A stretch of DNA of 64,000 nucleotides from Anthoceros angustus (Eukaryota; Plantae; Anthocerotophyta), in assembly GCA_010909165.1 (NCBI GenBank), contig VJWM01000011.1:744001-808000 (forward strand), written 5' to 3'. How positions within the stretch are numbered: position 1 is the first letter of the stretch; each line of letters starts with the position of its first letter. The translations under genes and the position numbers were made by a program. This document shows positions 1-13,100 of this stretch, piece by piece. The notes under the pieces are model-generated. The model searched no databases. It had not been told where the DNA came from and worked only from the letters and a program-made list of their open reading frames with translations.

Positions 1-1873
1 GAAAATCAAAGGATAATAGGTAATACCCTTCTTCCTCAAACTTCCCGCGACGATGGCGACGTTGGTGGCGGTGATGGCGATGGCGATACGCTACCGCGGC
101 GCCAATCCACGGGAGGCGCCCGTGGCGCCCCCGTGTCCTCAACTGCGGCCCCTCTCCGCACCGCCGTGGTAGTCGCCCTCAGCGCCATCCGGGCGTCCTT
201 GCGAGGGCGCCCAGGGGCGCTGGCGCCAAACAAAAGACAAGGCGCCCCTACTGGATGCCCATAGTGTTCCTGGTGATGAAGAGTCTGCCTCCCGGACCTC
301 GTCCTTCGCCTGACCTTTCAAAGAAACTCCTGCATTGTCATTGATCGACCTCATCCTCGGAGGATGATGAAAGAGTGCCTAAGGATCCTACAGGGGACGC
401 TCAGCGAGAAGAGAAAGCCCGTGTAAGTAGATTGTCTTCATTTTGCCATTTCTCCTGATGCACATTTTGTGAACAATTGCTGGATCTCACCAAAGGGGAA
501 GCGCCCCTAGGTGATGAGGACGTGCCCCTCCCTCCCTTCAATCAATGATGCTCTGAAAATGTACCTCGCCAAAGTGTTTGTAGGAAAGATTGCCCATCTT
601 ATGCTTCTAAGAAGAAGCTATGACAAAGTGGATTACAAGGATGCTAACTTGATGGATAAAGGACACTGGTTGTGTGGTGGCGTTTGCGATGGGTGGAGAC
701 GGCATGGGGAGGATATGACAAAGGAGGAAGGGAAAGGTGCAATATTAAATAAGGTTATTCATTATATCCTAATTTCTATATGAGTTTTAGGATCGATAAT
801 AACCTAGCATAAATTTTGCTTGATGCGGTGTAAACACATTTTGTTTCCCTAAGTGTATTAAAGACAAAAACATGGGCTATTATAAGCGGGAATTCTACCA
901 AAAGGTGACCCGGAAAATAAAGTATACATACTCACCTTAGGTTTAAGTGAAAAGGAGATGTCCCTGACTCCTATATGTGAGGAAACTACCATCCACATGA
1001 TAAAAATAGCAAGTCTCCCATGTGAGGAATTTCAGGACATATCAAACATATTTTCCGTAGGTGCCTTTGGTGCTAAGGGAATTTAATGTTTTAATTACAT
1101 AAATACTGCTTAAATATTATTTTTTATTTTTTAATATAAATATTCCAGGTTCTATGTTGGCTGTCTATGAGGAGGAAGGCGGATGACCTAAGCTATTTTG
1201 AGATAGAAGAAGAAAAATGTTCAGAAAAATAGTAAGACAATAATTTTTGGGCTAAGATTTTAAGGTTATCTTAAATCGGCCCTAAGGCTATAGTATTAGG
1301 TTAAAGGTTTGGACTGTGTCCATTATACCTAAACATTTCATGTGTTTCCTATGTAACTCAATTCCCAATGACTTTGTTAATAAATCGTGACATTGTCTAA
1401 AGTTTGAACATAACTAATATTTATGGTTTGATCTTCTAACTTTTCCCTTATGTAGTGATACTCAACAGCTATATGTTTAGTTCTAGAGTGAAAACAGGTT
1501 TTCAAGTGCAATGGCACCACCTATCACTAAACAAAGATGTAGGCTTGAGTTGAGGATGATGAAGTTCACTCAAAACTAACACCGGACCACCTATGTCTTT
1601 CAAGATTCGCACTGGTAGGTGTTAAACCTTTGCAAGGCAAGGGGTTCTATATAGAGCTCCCTTAGACATTTGGATCAACTTTGACTATTAGGATGACCAA
1701 GGCGACAATGCCAAAGCATGGTTTGGGTAGGTGTCACGAGTTTGAAATGACAACATTAGCGAGGAATGGGTGGCTCCCACTTGTCGACAATCTATAGAGA
1801 CCATCATCTAAAGTGCATGTGCGATCGTGTAGTTTCTATCGCTATGTAAGAAGAGAACTATGTGCATAAAGGA

Positions 1874-2818
1874 TCACCTAGAGTGTGTTCTTGGCAAAGA
1901 CTCGTGGCGTAGATTCTTGCATTGAAGGAACATGGAGGACTTGATGAAGATGAAGAACCCTCGAATCACACTTGAATACAATCGAACCAAACCCGCTATG
2001 GGTAGGTTGTGATCATCTCCGTGAGGATGATTGATGTCCTGTGGGTGAGTAGTAAGCGTAATCTCGGCCTCGCCGTCCTCTTCCTCTACCCCTTGTGAAG
2101 ACATCACCGCTTTGGCTCGGAGTGATGGTGACGCGTTTGTTGCCTCCTCCTGTAGCAATGCTCCAATAAGTTCGGAGACACTGATGTCTGGCTCTTCATT
2201 TGGATCTTCATCTGCAGCTTTTCTGACATTACGAATCACTGCATTTTGAGTTGTAATGAAGGGCCTATAAGAAGGTGGCAATGAAGATAAGAGAATGACG
2301 TAAGCCTCCATCTCTGAGATAGGTACGCCAGTTGAAGATTCCAAATGAGATCGTGCCAATCGAAAAGCATTAACATGATGTTCGATGGTGTCAGACTCCT
2401 TCATTGAGAGGTTGCGGAAGTTACGTGAAGCTGCAACAATACTCATTACATCTCGAGATGAATATAATTGAGCAAGGTGAGTCCACATATCCTTGGAGGT
2501 CTTTGCGTGGACATGTCTCACCATATGTTGAGAAAGTCCACGACCAATAAATCTTGTGCCTTCGTCACAGCGTCCCGGAAGGTTGAAGTTCACGTTCAAA
2601 TCGGGCGTGTGGCCTTGGAATTGATCCATCGGATGCCCCAAAGGTCTCTTTGCCGCAAAGCTCCTCGCATTCTCAATGACCCGGATGTCATAATCCCTTC
2701 CATTGAATCTATCTTTCTCTTTGAAATCACCATAATGATAATGCAATGAAGTGTTAGCATTATCATTACCCAATGGGGAATTAGGAGTTTGTTCTTCATC
2801 ATTGATCACTCCAGCCAT
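1874..2818 (-). CDS. Copia Gag (UBN2/Retrotran_gag_2-like)
   Basis: DRFNGRDY...TSKDMWTHLAQLYSS...LSMKESDTIEHHVNAF...VILLSSLPPSYRPFITT is the typical copia gag pattern. Confidence 0.85.
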   Translation of the reverse strand: MAGVINDEEQTPNSPLGNDNANTSLHYHYGDFKEKDRFNGRDYDIRVIENARSFAAKRPLGHPMDQFQGHTPDLNVNFNLPGRCDEGTRFIGRGLSQHMVRHVHAKTSKDMWTHLAQLYSSRDVMSIVAASRNFRNLSMKESDTIEHHVNAFRLARSHLESSTGVPISEMEAYVILLSSLPPSYRPFITTQNAVIRNVRKAADEDPNEEPDISVSELIGALLQEEATNASPSLRAKAVMSSQGVEEEDGEAEITLTTHPQDINHPHGDDHNLPIAGLVRLYSSVIRGFFIFIKSSMFLQCKNLRHESLPRTHSR

Positions 2819-3595
2819 TGTAGGTGATTTAGAGGACTAGGCCTCATGTCTGACCTCATCTTCTCTATTGCATGCGAAACTCTTCTCTTGCATCATAATC
2901 TGATTCGGATGATGATAGCATGCTCTCGAATCTCTGCGCATTATCAACCTTAGAGAGAATAGACAATTTTGTCCTTAATTCAGATAATTCTCCCTTAAGA
3001 TCAAAGATTGGATTCTAAGAGTTGCTAATTGATGATCAATTTCTTGAAATCTAAGAGTTTCTATGCTATTTTTGTCTTGCAGACTAGAAGATAAAGGAGT
3101 ACTAATACCAGCATTCAAGTTTGGGATATGTTGGAGAGCTAATTCTAATGCCTTGACGTGAATTGGGCTAAAAACTTCTAGCAAATCACGTCTAGCTAGC
3201 TTGATAAACTTCCCTTGATCTGGTTTAGAAATTAAAATAGATGCAATGAAGTTTGCTATACAAGAGGAGGTTTCTATCTCTCCCTCTATAGCTTGTTGTC
3301 TTCTATTGCTTCTATGTGTTGGACTCCTAATTTGTTCTTGTTGTCTTGTAGGACTATCTCTCTTCTTAACTCTATGCCTCCTCCTTCTAAGGGAACACAA
3401 ATCCATTGAGGAAGGACAAAGAATTAGAGCATAAAAGCATTGTTAGAAGAGAAATGTTAGCATAAAAAGAATGCATGCAAAGATAGCAATTTTAGGATAA
3501 GCACAATCTATCTAGTCAAACGCTAGATTAGAAAGTGTCTCCTAGATAAGCTACTTAGATGCATGAGGATACACAAGCAAACAAAGAGCAAGTGT

Positions 3596-3607
3596 GCTCT
3601 GATACCA
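3596..3607 (-). other. Primer-binding site (initiator tRNA-Met) of the copia element
   Basis: The + strand reads gctctgatacca, i.e. TGGTATCAGAGC on -, immediately inside the LTR edge. Confidence 0.85.
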
Positions 3608-4138
3608 TGATGAGAATCATACACAAGCTGAAGCAATATGTGTTGCATTAATTCATAATAGAAAGTACATGACTTTATGTAGGCAAGGTTGTTGTAACCG
3701 TTAAGTGGTTGTAACAACTAACCAATTAAATAACTACTAGAAGAAACTACTTAGTGGCCTAAGGACTAAATTAATTATTAAGTCCTAGGTGCCCTAGTGA
3801 AGAGTGCCCTAATAGTAAGCTATTTTATCATATCCTTCCGCTTGTGTGGCGTGCAGAATGTCTCGCCATTCCAGACTCAGTCGGTTAATAGCGAAAGCGA
3901 GGTCCGGATGTGGGAACTTGCTTTGTGCAAAGCTTCGGATGACACTTCCTGCACTGAAATCATTTGTGCTAGAATTTTACAACCTATTGTCAGAGCTTGA
4001 TCGAGGTTGAAGGTCAAATCAGCCATGCGGCGAACTCGATGCGATGCCGGTATTGAGCGAAAGCAAGCCGTGTTATGTGCACAATTTGTACAGCATGATT
4101 CTAGCCAGAACTCGGTAAGCACCATGGCGCCACCAGTC

Positions 4139-4232
4139 GGTAGAAGCACCCTAGCGCGGTGCTTCTACTAGCCTTCATGGGTAGCTCGGTAGAAGCACCC
4201 TAGCGCGGTGCTTCTACTAGTCTTCATGGGTA
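4139..4232. repeat. Two tandem 49-bp units, each with an 11-bp-stem hairpin
   Basis: gtagaagcacc-ctagcgc-ggtgcttctac occurs at 4140-4168 and again 49 bp later. Confidence 0.85.
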
Positions 4233-5433
4233 GTGTATATGACTATATAATGTAGAAATAAGAGTGTTGTGTCATGATTAGGGTTTAGGGTTTAGTGGAT
4301 AATGTCATTAGTGATTAATCATTATTAATTATCCAGCTGATACCCGTTCATTAGGGTTGTGTCCCTAGGTTGAATAGACATGCCTTTTCAGTTATAAGTT
4401 AAAGTTGTCTTTTCAACATATATAGTATGACTTTTCTTGATTGAAATATATATGTAATTTACTCACTATTTTCAATAATCTGTATAAATTATCATATAAT
4501 CGCCATGTCTATCCATGACAATCTTTATTTCTGTTTATGTTTATCCTTGTCTATATTGCTATGATTATTTGCAAGGTTCAGTTCTCAATTATTTACAACA
4601 AAAATATATATTTAATTTTAAATATCTAGAATGACAACAAAGGAGCCTTTTATAGTCCACTTGGACATAATTTCCTTAACAACTCATGGTGCATACCTCA
4701 ACGTGCTCAACAAAAAAGAACCCTGGAACATGGAGGAACGCCAATCACGCTTGTGTTTGAGTCAGTATCTGAATACTAAGACATGAGTCAAGTCTCCGGG
4801 TACTAAGACATGAGTCACATCTTTGAGTACGAAAACAATACTAATAGAAGAAGAAGAAGAAGGACTCTTCTAATGAGGGCCGAATGCAATATATAAACGC
4901 CAGTGTGTGGAGCATGAGTGGCACAAGAAGATGCCAGTAGGTCAGACTCCATACCCGATCATCGGTACATGTACTTGATGAGCAACAACTGAGGCCCCAG
5001 CAGCACAGCATTTGACGGCGAGCATAGACGCATGGGAACAAGTTAGAACTCATCCTGGAAGTCAGCCGTCACTGTGTCAACCTTCAGGCTCTCAACATGG
5101 AGTTGATTCTTAGGACTTGTAGAAGTCAGCAGAGCAATGCATGTCTGCAACTACCGGTGGTGAGGAACTGCCGACCTGGCACCTCCTGATGTTGCAAATC
5201 ACTGCATGATGCATTCTTTGACAGATGCTATATGCTTGGTTTGGTTGCAGCGGAGGCATCTGGGCAGGCACGATGGCGGGAGAAGTCGCTGGCTAACTCT
5301 CCGCAGTGATGCCGGTTCATGTCAGATAAGGTAAATTGGGCACGCAATGCTCATGGTTTGCTTGTAAGGAGGTAACCACGTGAAGAGGAACATCTGAGTA
5401 AGGAGTAAGGCCGTTGAGGTCCTGGACCTTCTG

Positions 5434-6560
5434 GTGCAGCCAGGGTGGTATGTGCCCGCATCTTTCTTCTATCAGGTCATCAAGAGGTGCATTGCACACA
5501 AAGATCTGGGTGCTGGCAGGGGTGTGCATACCCTGATTGTCAGAAGTGGGTATTTGGGCAGCAGATTCTTGGCCAATCACGTCATACGAATGTATGCTGC
5601 CTATGGGAGGTTGGAGGATGCGTTGCAGGTTTTGAATGGATTGGCTGCTCCCAATGCTTATTCGTGGTCCTCCAGAGTTGAGGCACATGTTGACAATGGA
5701 CAGGCCAGGCAGGCAATCGAGATCTATTTGAGGATGGGACAGTCATCCCTATGTTGGCAGATAATCATCTGTTTGTGGCAGCACTTAAGGCTTGTGCCAG
5801 TGCAGAAGATCTGACATCAGGCAGACAGGTCCATTCCGATGTCCTGAGTAGTGTGCTTGAGCCTGATGTGTTTGTTGGGAGCTGCCTGGTGGAAATGTAT
5901 GCAAGATGTGGGAGGTTGGATGATGCTCGCACAATCTTTGACAAGTTGGACTCGAGAAACGTGGTCACATGGAATACGCTGCTTGGAGGGTATGCTCAGG
6001 GTGGGCGTGGGCAACTTTGAAGCCCTTGCGCTCTATGCAAGTATGCAAGAGGAGGAATCCATCTGCCTGACCATGTCACGGTTTTGTGCCTCCTCAAAGC
6101 ATGTGCTAGCAGTGGAACACTACACCAGGGAAGGCAGCTTCATTCACAAATACAGGAAGCAGGTGTCGGATCTGAGGTGATGGTGGGGAGCTGCCTCATA
6201 TGTATGCAAGATGTGGAAGCTTGGATGATGCCCGGACTGCCTTTGACAACATGACCAGAAGAAATGTGGTGACCTGGAACGTGATGCTCGCAAGATATGC
6301 TGATGGTGGGCTAGGTGAAGAAGCCCTGTCTCTTTATGCAACTATGCAACAGGAGGGCGTTACTTCAGCAGATCACGTAACTTTTGTAAAAGCATGTAAA
6401 AGCATCGAGGCATTGGAGCAGGGAAGGCAGCTACATGACCAGGTTCAGGAGATGGGGCTGCAAGTTGACGTGGTCATTTCGAGCTGCCTGGTGGACATGA
6501 ATGCAAAGTGTGGGAGCTGAGAGGATGCCCGCAGGGTGTGCCTGCCATTGCTTCTGGGAA
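5434..6560 (+). pseudogene. PLS-class pentatricopeptide repeat gene (RNA-editing-factor type), frameshifted (pseudogene or sequencing errors)
   Basis: Successive frames give DVFVGSCLVEMYARCGRLDDARTIFDKLDSRNVVTWNTLLGGYAQ and MYARCGSLDDARTAFDNMTRRNVVTWNVMLARYA (P-L-S triplets). An in-frame stop occurs near 6518. Confidence 0.85.
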
Positions 6561-7167
6561 GCTAGGTGCATCCACGACTTGCTCCAAAGACAGCTCACCT
6601 TGGGAGCATCACGTGGCAGAGGAATATACCTGTTCTACAAAGAGCATCGCTTGACGGGGTCAAGAGGAACGTGCCTCATGTTCTGAAGATCTGGAGCCCA
6701 GCAGACAGTGTACGGATTGGGGCTGGACATCTCGCTTCCTTTCACGGAAGGGCCATCTTCATGGACGAAAGAGAGAGAGTGCAGCGCTCCTGAGGCTGAA
6801 AGCCACTCACAAGGCATCCGACAAAGCACAGAAAAATGTCGTCCGAAACCACTGGTGTCAGGAATGCCTTGTCGTGCAAAGTCTACAGTGTAGACAGGTT
6901 GGGAACAAGTAGCTAAAGAGGCGCCTTTGCAGGCGTGCAGAAGTTGCTCCACTGCATGCTTCTCCGCGCCGCTGGCCAGCACTGGCCCAGCAGGAGTGGA
7001 TTCGAATCTCCCAATCACACTTGCACGCTTCTTGTTGCAACTTGCAAGTGCCCACATTGATCCATATAAGAGAATCGGGATGAGCAGGATGTGGAGTGGG
7101 ACGCCGTTTGCTCTGCTTGCCTTTTCTTGCAAGTCCTCCTGAGAAGGTGGGACGTTGTTGTGGAGGT

Positions 7168-10100
7168 TGGGCTATGGCGGATCCACCTCTTCCTGCCGGC
7201 GCCGCGCTGGTGGACCTGCTCGAGAGCCTCGAGTCCCGCTCGCCGCAGCTGCGTGCGTTGCTTGCAGAGCTGGAGTCCGACTCGCCAAAGCGGCAGGAAC
7301 TGCCATCTTTTGATTCGTGGGGAAGCTACTTCAATTGCGACTGCCAGGACGGGGAATGTCACCACCGCGAGGAGTGGCACTGGGCGGTGCGCTTGCGTCT
7401 GCTCACCGCTATCGGCAGATGCCGTACGCTCAGGAAGATTCAACTGAATCCTCTGTGGAAGAGGGTCACAGCGTGAGGCGGGACGAGGCGTTGGCGCTCT
7501 TTTCAGGCTTGCAACACAACCTTGTGCTGGAGGAGCTGAATCTGTTTGGCTACAAGGGGTTTGGGACGGCAGCAGCGTGCCTCCAGGCACTGAGTGCCGT
7601 CATCGACAGAACTCATCGCTCACTGGACTTCCTCGGTCTGCAATCTGTGGGATTGAGTGCAGAAGGACTGGGTGCCATCGCTGCAGCCCTTGGACGCAAT
7701 GTCAGCTCTTCAGTGCTGTCCAGATTGTCTCTGTGTGGGAACGACATCAGGAATGCTGTCGGGCGCAACACTTGGCCGACATCCTTACCAAGTCGCCCAA
7801 GCTGCGCAATCTCTGGATGAGCAACATAGGCATGGACGAGGAAGGAGCCGTGGTGATTGCACAGGCCCTGGCGCATACCACTACACTGGCTGGGCTTAGA
7901 ATCGGAGATCCTGCGCCCCGGAATCCAAACCGGCCCGCGCCCATGTTCCTCGTTCCATTGCTCCAAGCTTTGGTGTGGCACACCCTGGCGGATCCTCCAG
8001 CTGCTGTTTCTGGCAATCACTCCATCACACGGCTTGTCCTTGAGTGTCCGGGAGGCCAGGAGGCTGTGGAGCCAGGGCTGGGAGAAGCCCTGGCTCAGGT
8101 GCTTGCACCAACCGGGCTGAAAGACCTCAGACTATCCAGCTTCTTCGTCACACGCGGATTGGGAGCTCTGCGGGAAAACAGCAGCATCACCAAACTCCTG
8201 GTGTTTCACTCGCGGCAGTCGGAGGATGATGACATGGATCCCATCCTGACCACCATCCTGGATGAGTGCAAGACTGTTGAGGAGGTGCAGATCCGGTTTG
8301 ACAAGCCCTTTGGTCCGTCCAGCTTCACCAAGGCGTTTTCCAAGGGTTGCTGCAGAAAACCGCAGCATCAACAGGCTGGTGTTGGATGGCTGGGATGGCT
8401 GGACGACGAGATGTTTGAAGACCTGATTCAATCCCTGTCTACCAACACCAACACCCACCTCAGGCTGGATCACATCTCCATCAAGGGCACCTCATGGGAA
8501 AAGCAAGGCAGGGGCGAACGTCTGGAGAAAGCGTTGGGAGCTGCGCGAGTGCAGCCGCAGCTGCGTGCGTTGCTCGCAGACTTGGAGTCCGAGTCGCCAG
8601 TGCTGCAAGAACTCCCATCTGTGGATTTGTGGGAAGCTATTTCGATTGCCTTTGCCAGGAGGCCTACAGGAGTGTCAACACCGGGGCAGTGGCAGTGGTA
8701 CGTACGCCTGCGCCTGCTCACAGCTATCGGCAAATGCCGGTCGCTGAGGAAGATTCATCTGAATCCTCCGGGAGGAGGGCACTTACAGCGTGAGGAGGTA
8801 GAGGCGCTGGCTCTGCTATCAGGCTTGCAACACAACCTTGTGCTGGAGGAGCTGAATCTGTATGGCTACAAGGGGTTTGGGACGGCACCCTGCCTGCAGG
8901 CATTGACTGGCGTCATGGAGAGATGCTATTTCTCATTGGACTTGCTGGTCTGCAACATCTGGGATTGAGTGCAGAAGGACTGGGTGTCATCGCTGCAGCC
9001 CTTGGACGCAACCGCAGCTCAGTGCTGTCCAGATTGTCTCTTTGTGGGAACGACATCGGGAATGCTGTCGGGGCGCAACACTTGGCCGACATCCTTACCA
9101 ACTCGCCCAAGCTCCGCAATCTATGGATGAGCAACATAGGCATGGACGAGGAAGGAGCCGTGGTGATTGCACAGGCCCTGGCGCATACCACTACACTGGC
9201 TGGGCTTAGAATCGGAGATCCTGCGCCCCGGAATCCAAACCAGCCCGCGCCCATGTTCCTCGTTCCATTGCTCCAAGCTTTGGTGTGGCACACCCTGGCG
9301 GATCCTCCAGCTGCTGTTTCTGGCAATCACTCCATCACACGGCTTGTCCTCGAGTGTCCGGGAGGCCAGGAGGCTGTGGAGCCAGGGCTGGGAGAAGCCC
9401 TGGCTCAGGTGCTTCGCACCAACCGGGCTCTGAAAGACCTCACACTATCCAGCTTCTTCGTCACACGCGGATTGGGAGCTCTGCGGGAAAACAGCAGCAT
9501 CACCAAACTCCTGGTGTTCCACTCGCGGCAGTCGGAGGATGATGACATGGATCCCAACCTGACCGCCATCCTGGATGAGTGCAAGACTGTTGAGGAGGTG
9601 CAGATCCGGTTTGACAAGCCCTTTGGTCCGTCCAGCTTCACCAAGGCGTTTTTCAAGGGTTGCTGCAGAAAACCGCAGCATCAACAGGCTGGTGTTGGAT
9701 GGCTGGGATGGGCTGGACGACGAGATGTTTGAAGACCTGATTCAATCCCTGTCCACCAACACCAACACCCACCTCAGGCTGGATCACATCTCCATCAAGG
9801 GCACCTCATGGGAAAAGCAAGGCAGGGGCGAACGTCTGGAGAAAGCGTTGGGAGCTGCGCGAGTGCAGCCGCAGCTGCGTGCGTTGCTCGCAGACTTGGA
9901 GTCCGAGTCGCCAGTGCTGCAAGAACTCCCATCTGTGGATTTGTGGGAAGCTATTTCGATTGCCTTTGCCAGGAGGCCTACAGGGAGTGTCAACACCGGG
10001 GCAGTGGCAGTGGTACGTACGCCTGCGCCTGCTCACAGCTATCGGCAAATGCCGGTCGCTGAGGAAGATTCATCTGAATCCTCCGGGAGGATGGGCACTT

Positions 10101-13100
10101 ACAGCGTGAGGGAGGTAGAGGCGCTGGCGCTGCTATCTGGCTTGCAACACAACCTTGTGCTGGAGGAGCTGAATTTGGCTACGTGGGCTTTGGGACGGCA
10201 CCCTGCCTGCAGGCATTGACTGGCGTCATGGAGATGCTATTTCTCATTGGACTTGCTGGGTCTGCAATATCTGGGATTGAGTGCAGAAGGACTGGGTGTC
10301 ATCGCTGCAGCCCTTGGACGCAACCGCAGCTCAGTGCTGTCCAGATTGTCTCTTTGTGGGAACGACATCGGAATGCTGTCGGGCGCAACATTTGGCCGAC
10401 ATCCTGAGGAATTCGATCGCCCTCCGCAATCTCTGGATGAGCAATATTGGCATGGATGAGGAAGGAGCCGTGCTGATTGCAGAGGCCCTGGCGAATACCA
10501 CCACCTGATCCGTCTCAGAATCGGAGACCCTGCGCCCCGGAATCCGGGCAGCCGGCGCCCATGTTCATTGGTCCAATTCTCGAAGCTTTGGTGTGGCACA
10601 CGCCGGATTCGGAGAATCAGGAGGATTGTCATCCTCTGCTTCTAGAGCCACTTCCAATCGCTCCATCAGGCTGCTTGTTCTTGAGTGCCCAGGAGGCCAG
10701 GAGGCTGTGGAGCCGGGGCTGGGAGAAGCCCTGGCTCGGGTGCTGCGCACCAACCGTGCTCTCACTGACCTCAGACTATCCAGCTTCTTCGTCAGACGCG
10801 GATTGAAAGCGCTACCTGAAAACAGCAGCATCACCCAACTCCAAGTAAGTCACACGCGGGATTCGCAGGATGATGACATGGATCCTATGCTGATCACGAT
10901 CCTTCAGGAGAGCAAGACTATCCAGGAGCTGCAGCTTCAGTTTGACAAGCCCTTTGGTCCATCCAGCTTCTCCAAGGCGTTTTTCCAAGGGTTGGGGGAT
11001 ACTCGTAGCATCAAGACGCTTGTGTTGGATGACTGCCGAGGATTGGATGACGACATGTTCCGGAACTTGATGCGGTCTCTGCGACGCAACTGCAACAACG
11101 TCCTGGAGAATATTTCCATCCAGAAAACAACCTGGGAAAGCGAAGGCAAAGGAATACAGATCCAGAATCTGCTCTCAAGGAACGTGCACAGAAGAAGCGC
11201 TGCTCCGCAGGGTAGGTGCCCCAAGCCAGTAGCTTGCTACCCTTGTCCTGATTTGTATCTACTGTCAGAACCCACGAACCCAGATGTATACTGACCCCTT
11301 CTCACTTGTGCAGGTTCGGAAGGAGTGCCACCACCGGTCACGGCAACTGTGGCAACCTCTGATGCCGCAGCAGGTAATGAAACTACATGAATCCATGGAT
11401 TTGATCCAACCACTTCCAAGCTGTTGTTGTTGTTGCAACTAGTTTGAATGCCTGTACCGAATGCACCACTTGATGCTGCTGCTGGCAGGCAGTCTGATGA
11501 TTGACTGATTGGCTGTTTTGTTTTCACCACAATTTCCAGTTGCTGTTCCTGAGGAGCTCAGTGCCCTGCTTGCCGAGCTCGACTCACCTTCGCCCACACT
11601 CAGTAGTCTTCCTCGTGTGAAAGCGTTTGGGCACCTGTTCAAGAGGGACGTGGAACATCCACAGGTGGAACTTGAACTGCGCATGCGCCTTGTGAAGGCT
11701 ATCGGAAAATGCCCCACACTCAGATTCATAGATCTCGACCCTCTTGGGCGTCGAAAGTACAGGGTGACGGTGGCAGAGGCGATGGCGCTGCTACAAGGCC
11801 TGAGCTCGAATGCAATAGTGGAACGGCTGGACTTGAGTGGCTTCCTTGGTTTTGGAACAGGTGAAGTCTGCGCTGCAATCGCCGCTATCTTGCAATCCAG
11901 CCGCACCTTGCAATCTCTGAATATGGGATACACTGGCATGACTGTCGAAGGACTGGCATTGCCCTATGCTGCGACATAATCGCAGCACTGTGCTTCGCAC
12001 CTTGTATCTTTCTGGAAACACGACTGTGGGAGAAGGTGTTGGAGCTCAACACCTGGCTGATATCCTGACCAGCACTCCCGCTCTTCGCAACCTGGGGATG
12101 TGGGATACAGGGATGGATGAGGCGGGAGCATTGATGATAGGGGATGCTCTGGCTCAGAACACCACACTTGACTGGCTGAACATAGGATTCAATCAAGCGT
12201 GGAGGCCAAAGCAGGCAGGGATGATGGCCACGCTGTTAGCTCGAGCATTCACCCTGGCATGCTGGACGCAGACCAGGAGGCTGAAGGTGTTGCTCCCAAG
12301 CTTCCTTCTGTTAACGAGTCTGTCACACATCTCCAGCTGGAAGTATGGGGAGCAGGACAGCAGCCTGTCATCGCTGAGTTGGGAGAAGCTGTGGCCCGCA
12401 TGCTGCGGTCGAACATGACTTTAAGGCATCTCGATGTATGTAGCTGCTTTATAAGCCAGGGATTGGAGGGGCTGTGTGACAACAGCAGCGTTATCCGTGT
12501 GACAGTCCGACATGGTAGCTCTAGTGCTAAGGAGGACTACTGCAAGCTGATGCCAATCCTGCAGAGGTGCCAGACAGTGGAAAGTTTAGAATTATATCAG
12601 GACAGTTTGGGACCTTTGGGATCATCCGACCTCCCGAAGACGTTTTTCAAATCGTTGCAGGACAATCGTTACCTCAACAGGTTGGTGTTGGATGACTGGA
12701 AAGGGTTGGACGACAATATGTTCCAAGACTTGTTGCGGGCTCTGCAAGTGAACACCAATTTGAAAAGGATATCGTTCGAGAACACTGTGTGGAAAAGTCA
12801 GGGAAAAGGAGCTGCAGTGGATGAACTACTACGCCAAAACAGGGAATACCGGAAAGCTCTGGCAGGGGCTCCAACAATGCCAGTGAAATCATGTCGCCTC
12901 ATACTTTGTGGATTTCCATATGCAGGTGAGCCACATGCTGAACCCAAAGTTTGTACATCCCCAAATGGCGTAGTTTGTGTCAGACTTCACTGCAGTTGTT
13001 TCTGTCTTCTCTACAGCTGTTTTCTTGTCTTAACGTTGTTTTCGTCTCCGGAGTGTAATCGGTGGTAAATGTTGCTGTTTCAGGGAAAACCACGATACGG

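Larger units (their letters stand above)
1480..3716 (-). mobile_element. Truncated Ty1/copia LTR retrotransposon: short LTR candidate, PBS, gag, and a degenerate GAG-pre-integrase remnant
   Basis: tRNA-Met PBS (TGGTATCAGAGC on -) at 3596-3607 abuts a TG...CA segment at ~3608-3716. A gag ORF lies at 1874-2818. The minus strand near 1640-1720 reads MLWHCRLGHPNSQS* (pre-integrase WHxRLGH motif). No RT was seen. Confidence 0.8.

Noticed and set aside
1-790. Short ORFs at the window start (possible retroelement gag N-terminus)
   Set aside because: No diagnostic motif; only faint similarity to the gag start at 2818.
2975-3434. ORFs between the copia PBS and gag (possible extra or env-like ORF)
   Set aside because: No recognisable domain; they lie in the element's 5' leader and may be chance ORFs.
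4278-4295. TTAGGG-TTTAGGG-TTTAG telomere-like motif
   Set aside because: Only ~2.5 units; such telo-boxes are common in plant DNA and give no evidence of an interstitial telomere.
6600-7160. ORFs between the PPR gene and the ROCO start (checked for a gasdermin partner or MnmA remnant)
   Set aside because: No gasdermin motif; resemblance to MnmA too weak to call.
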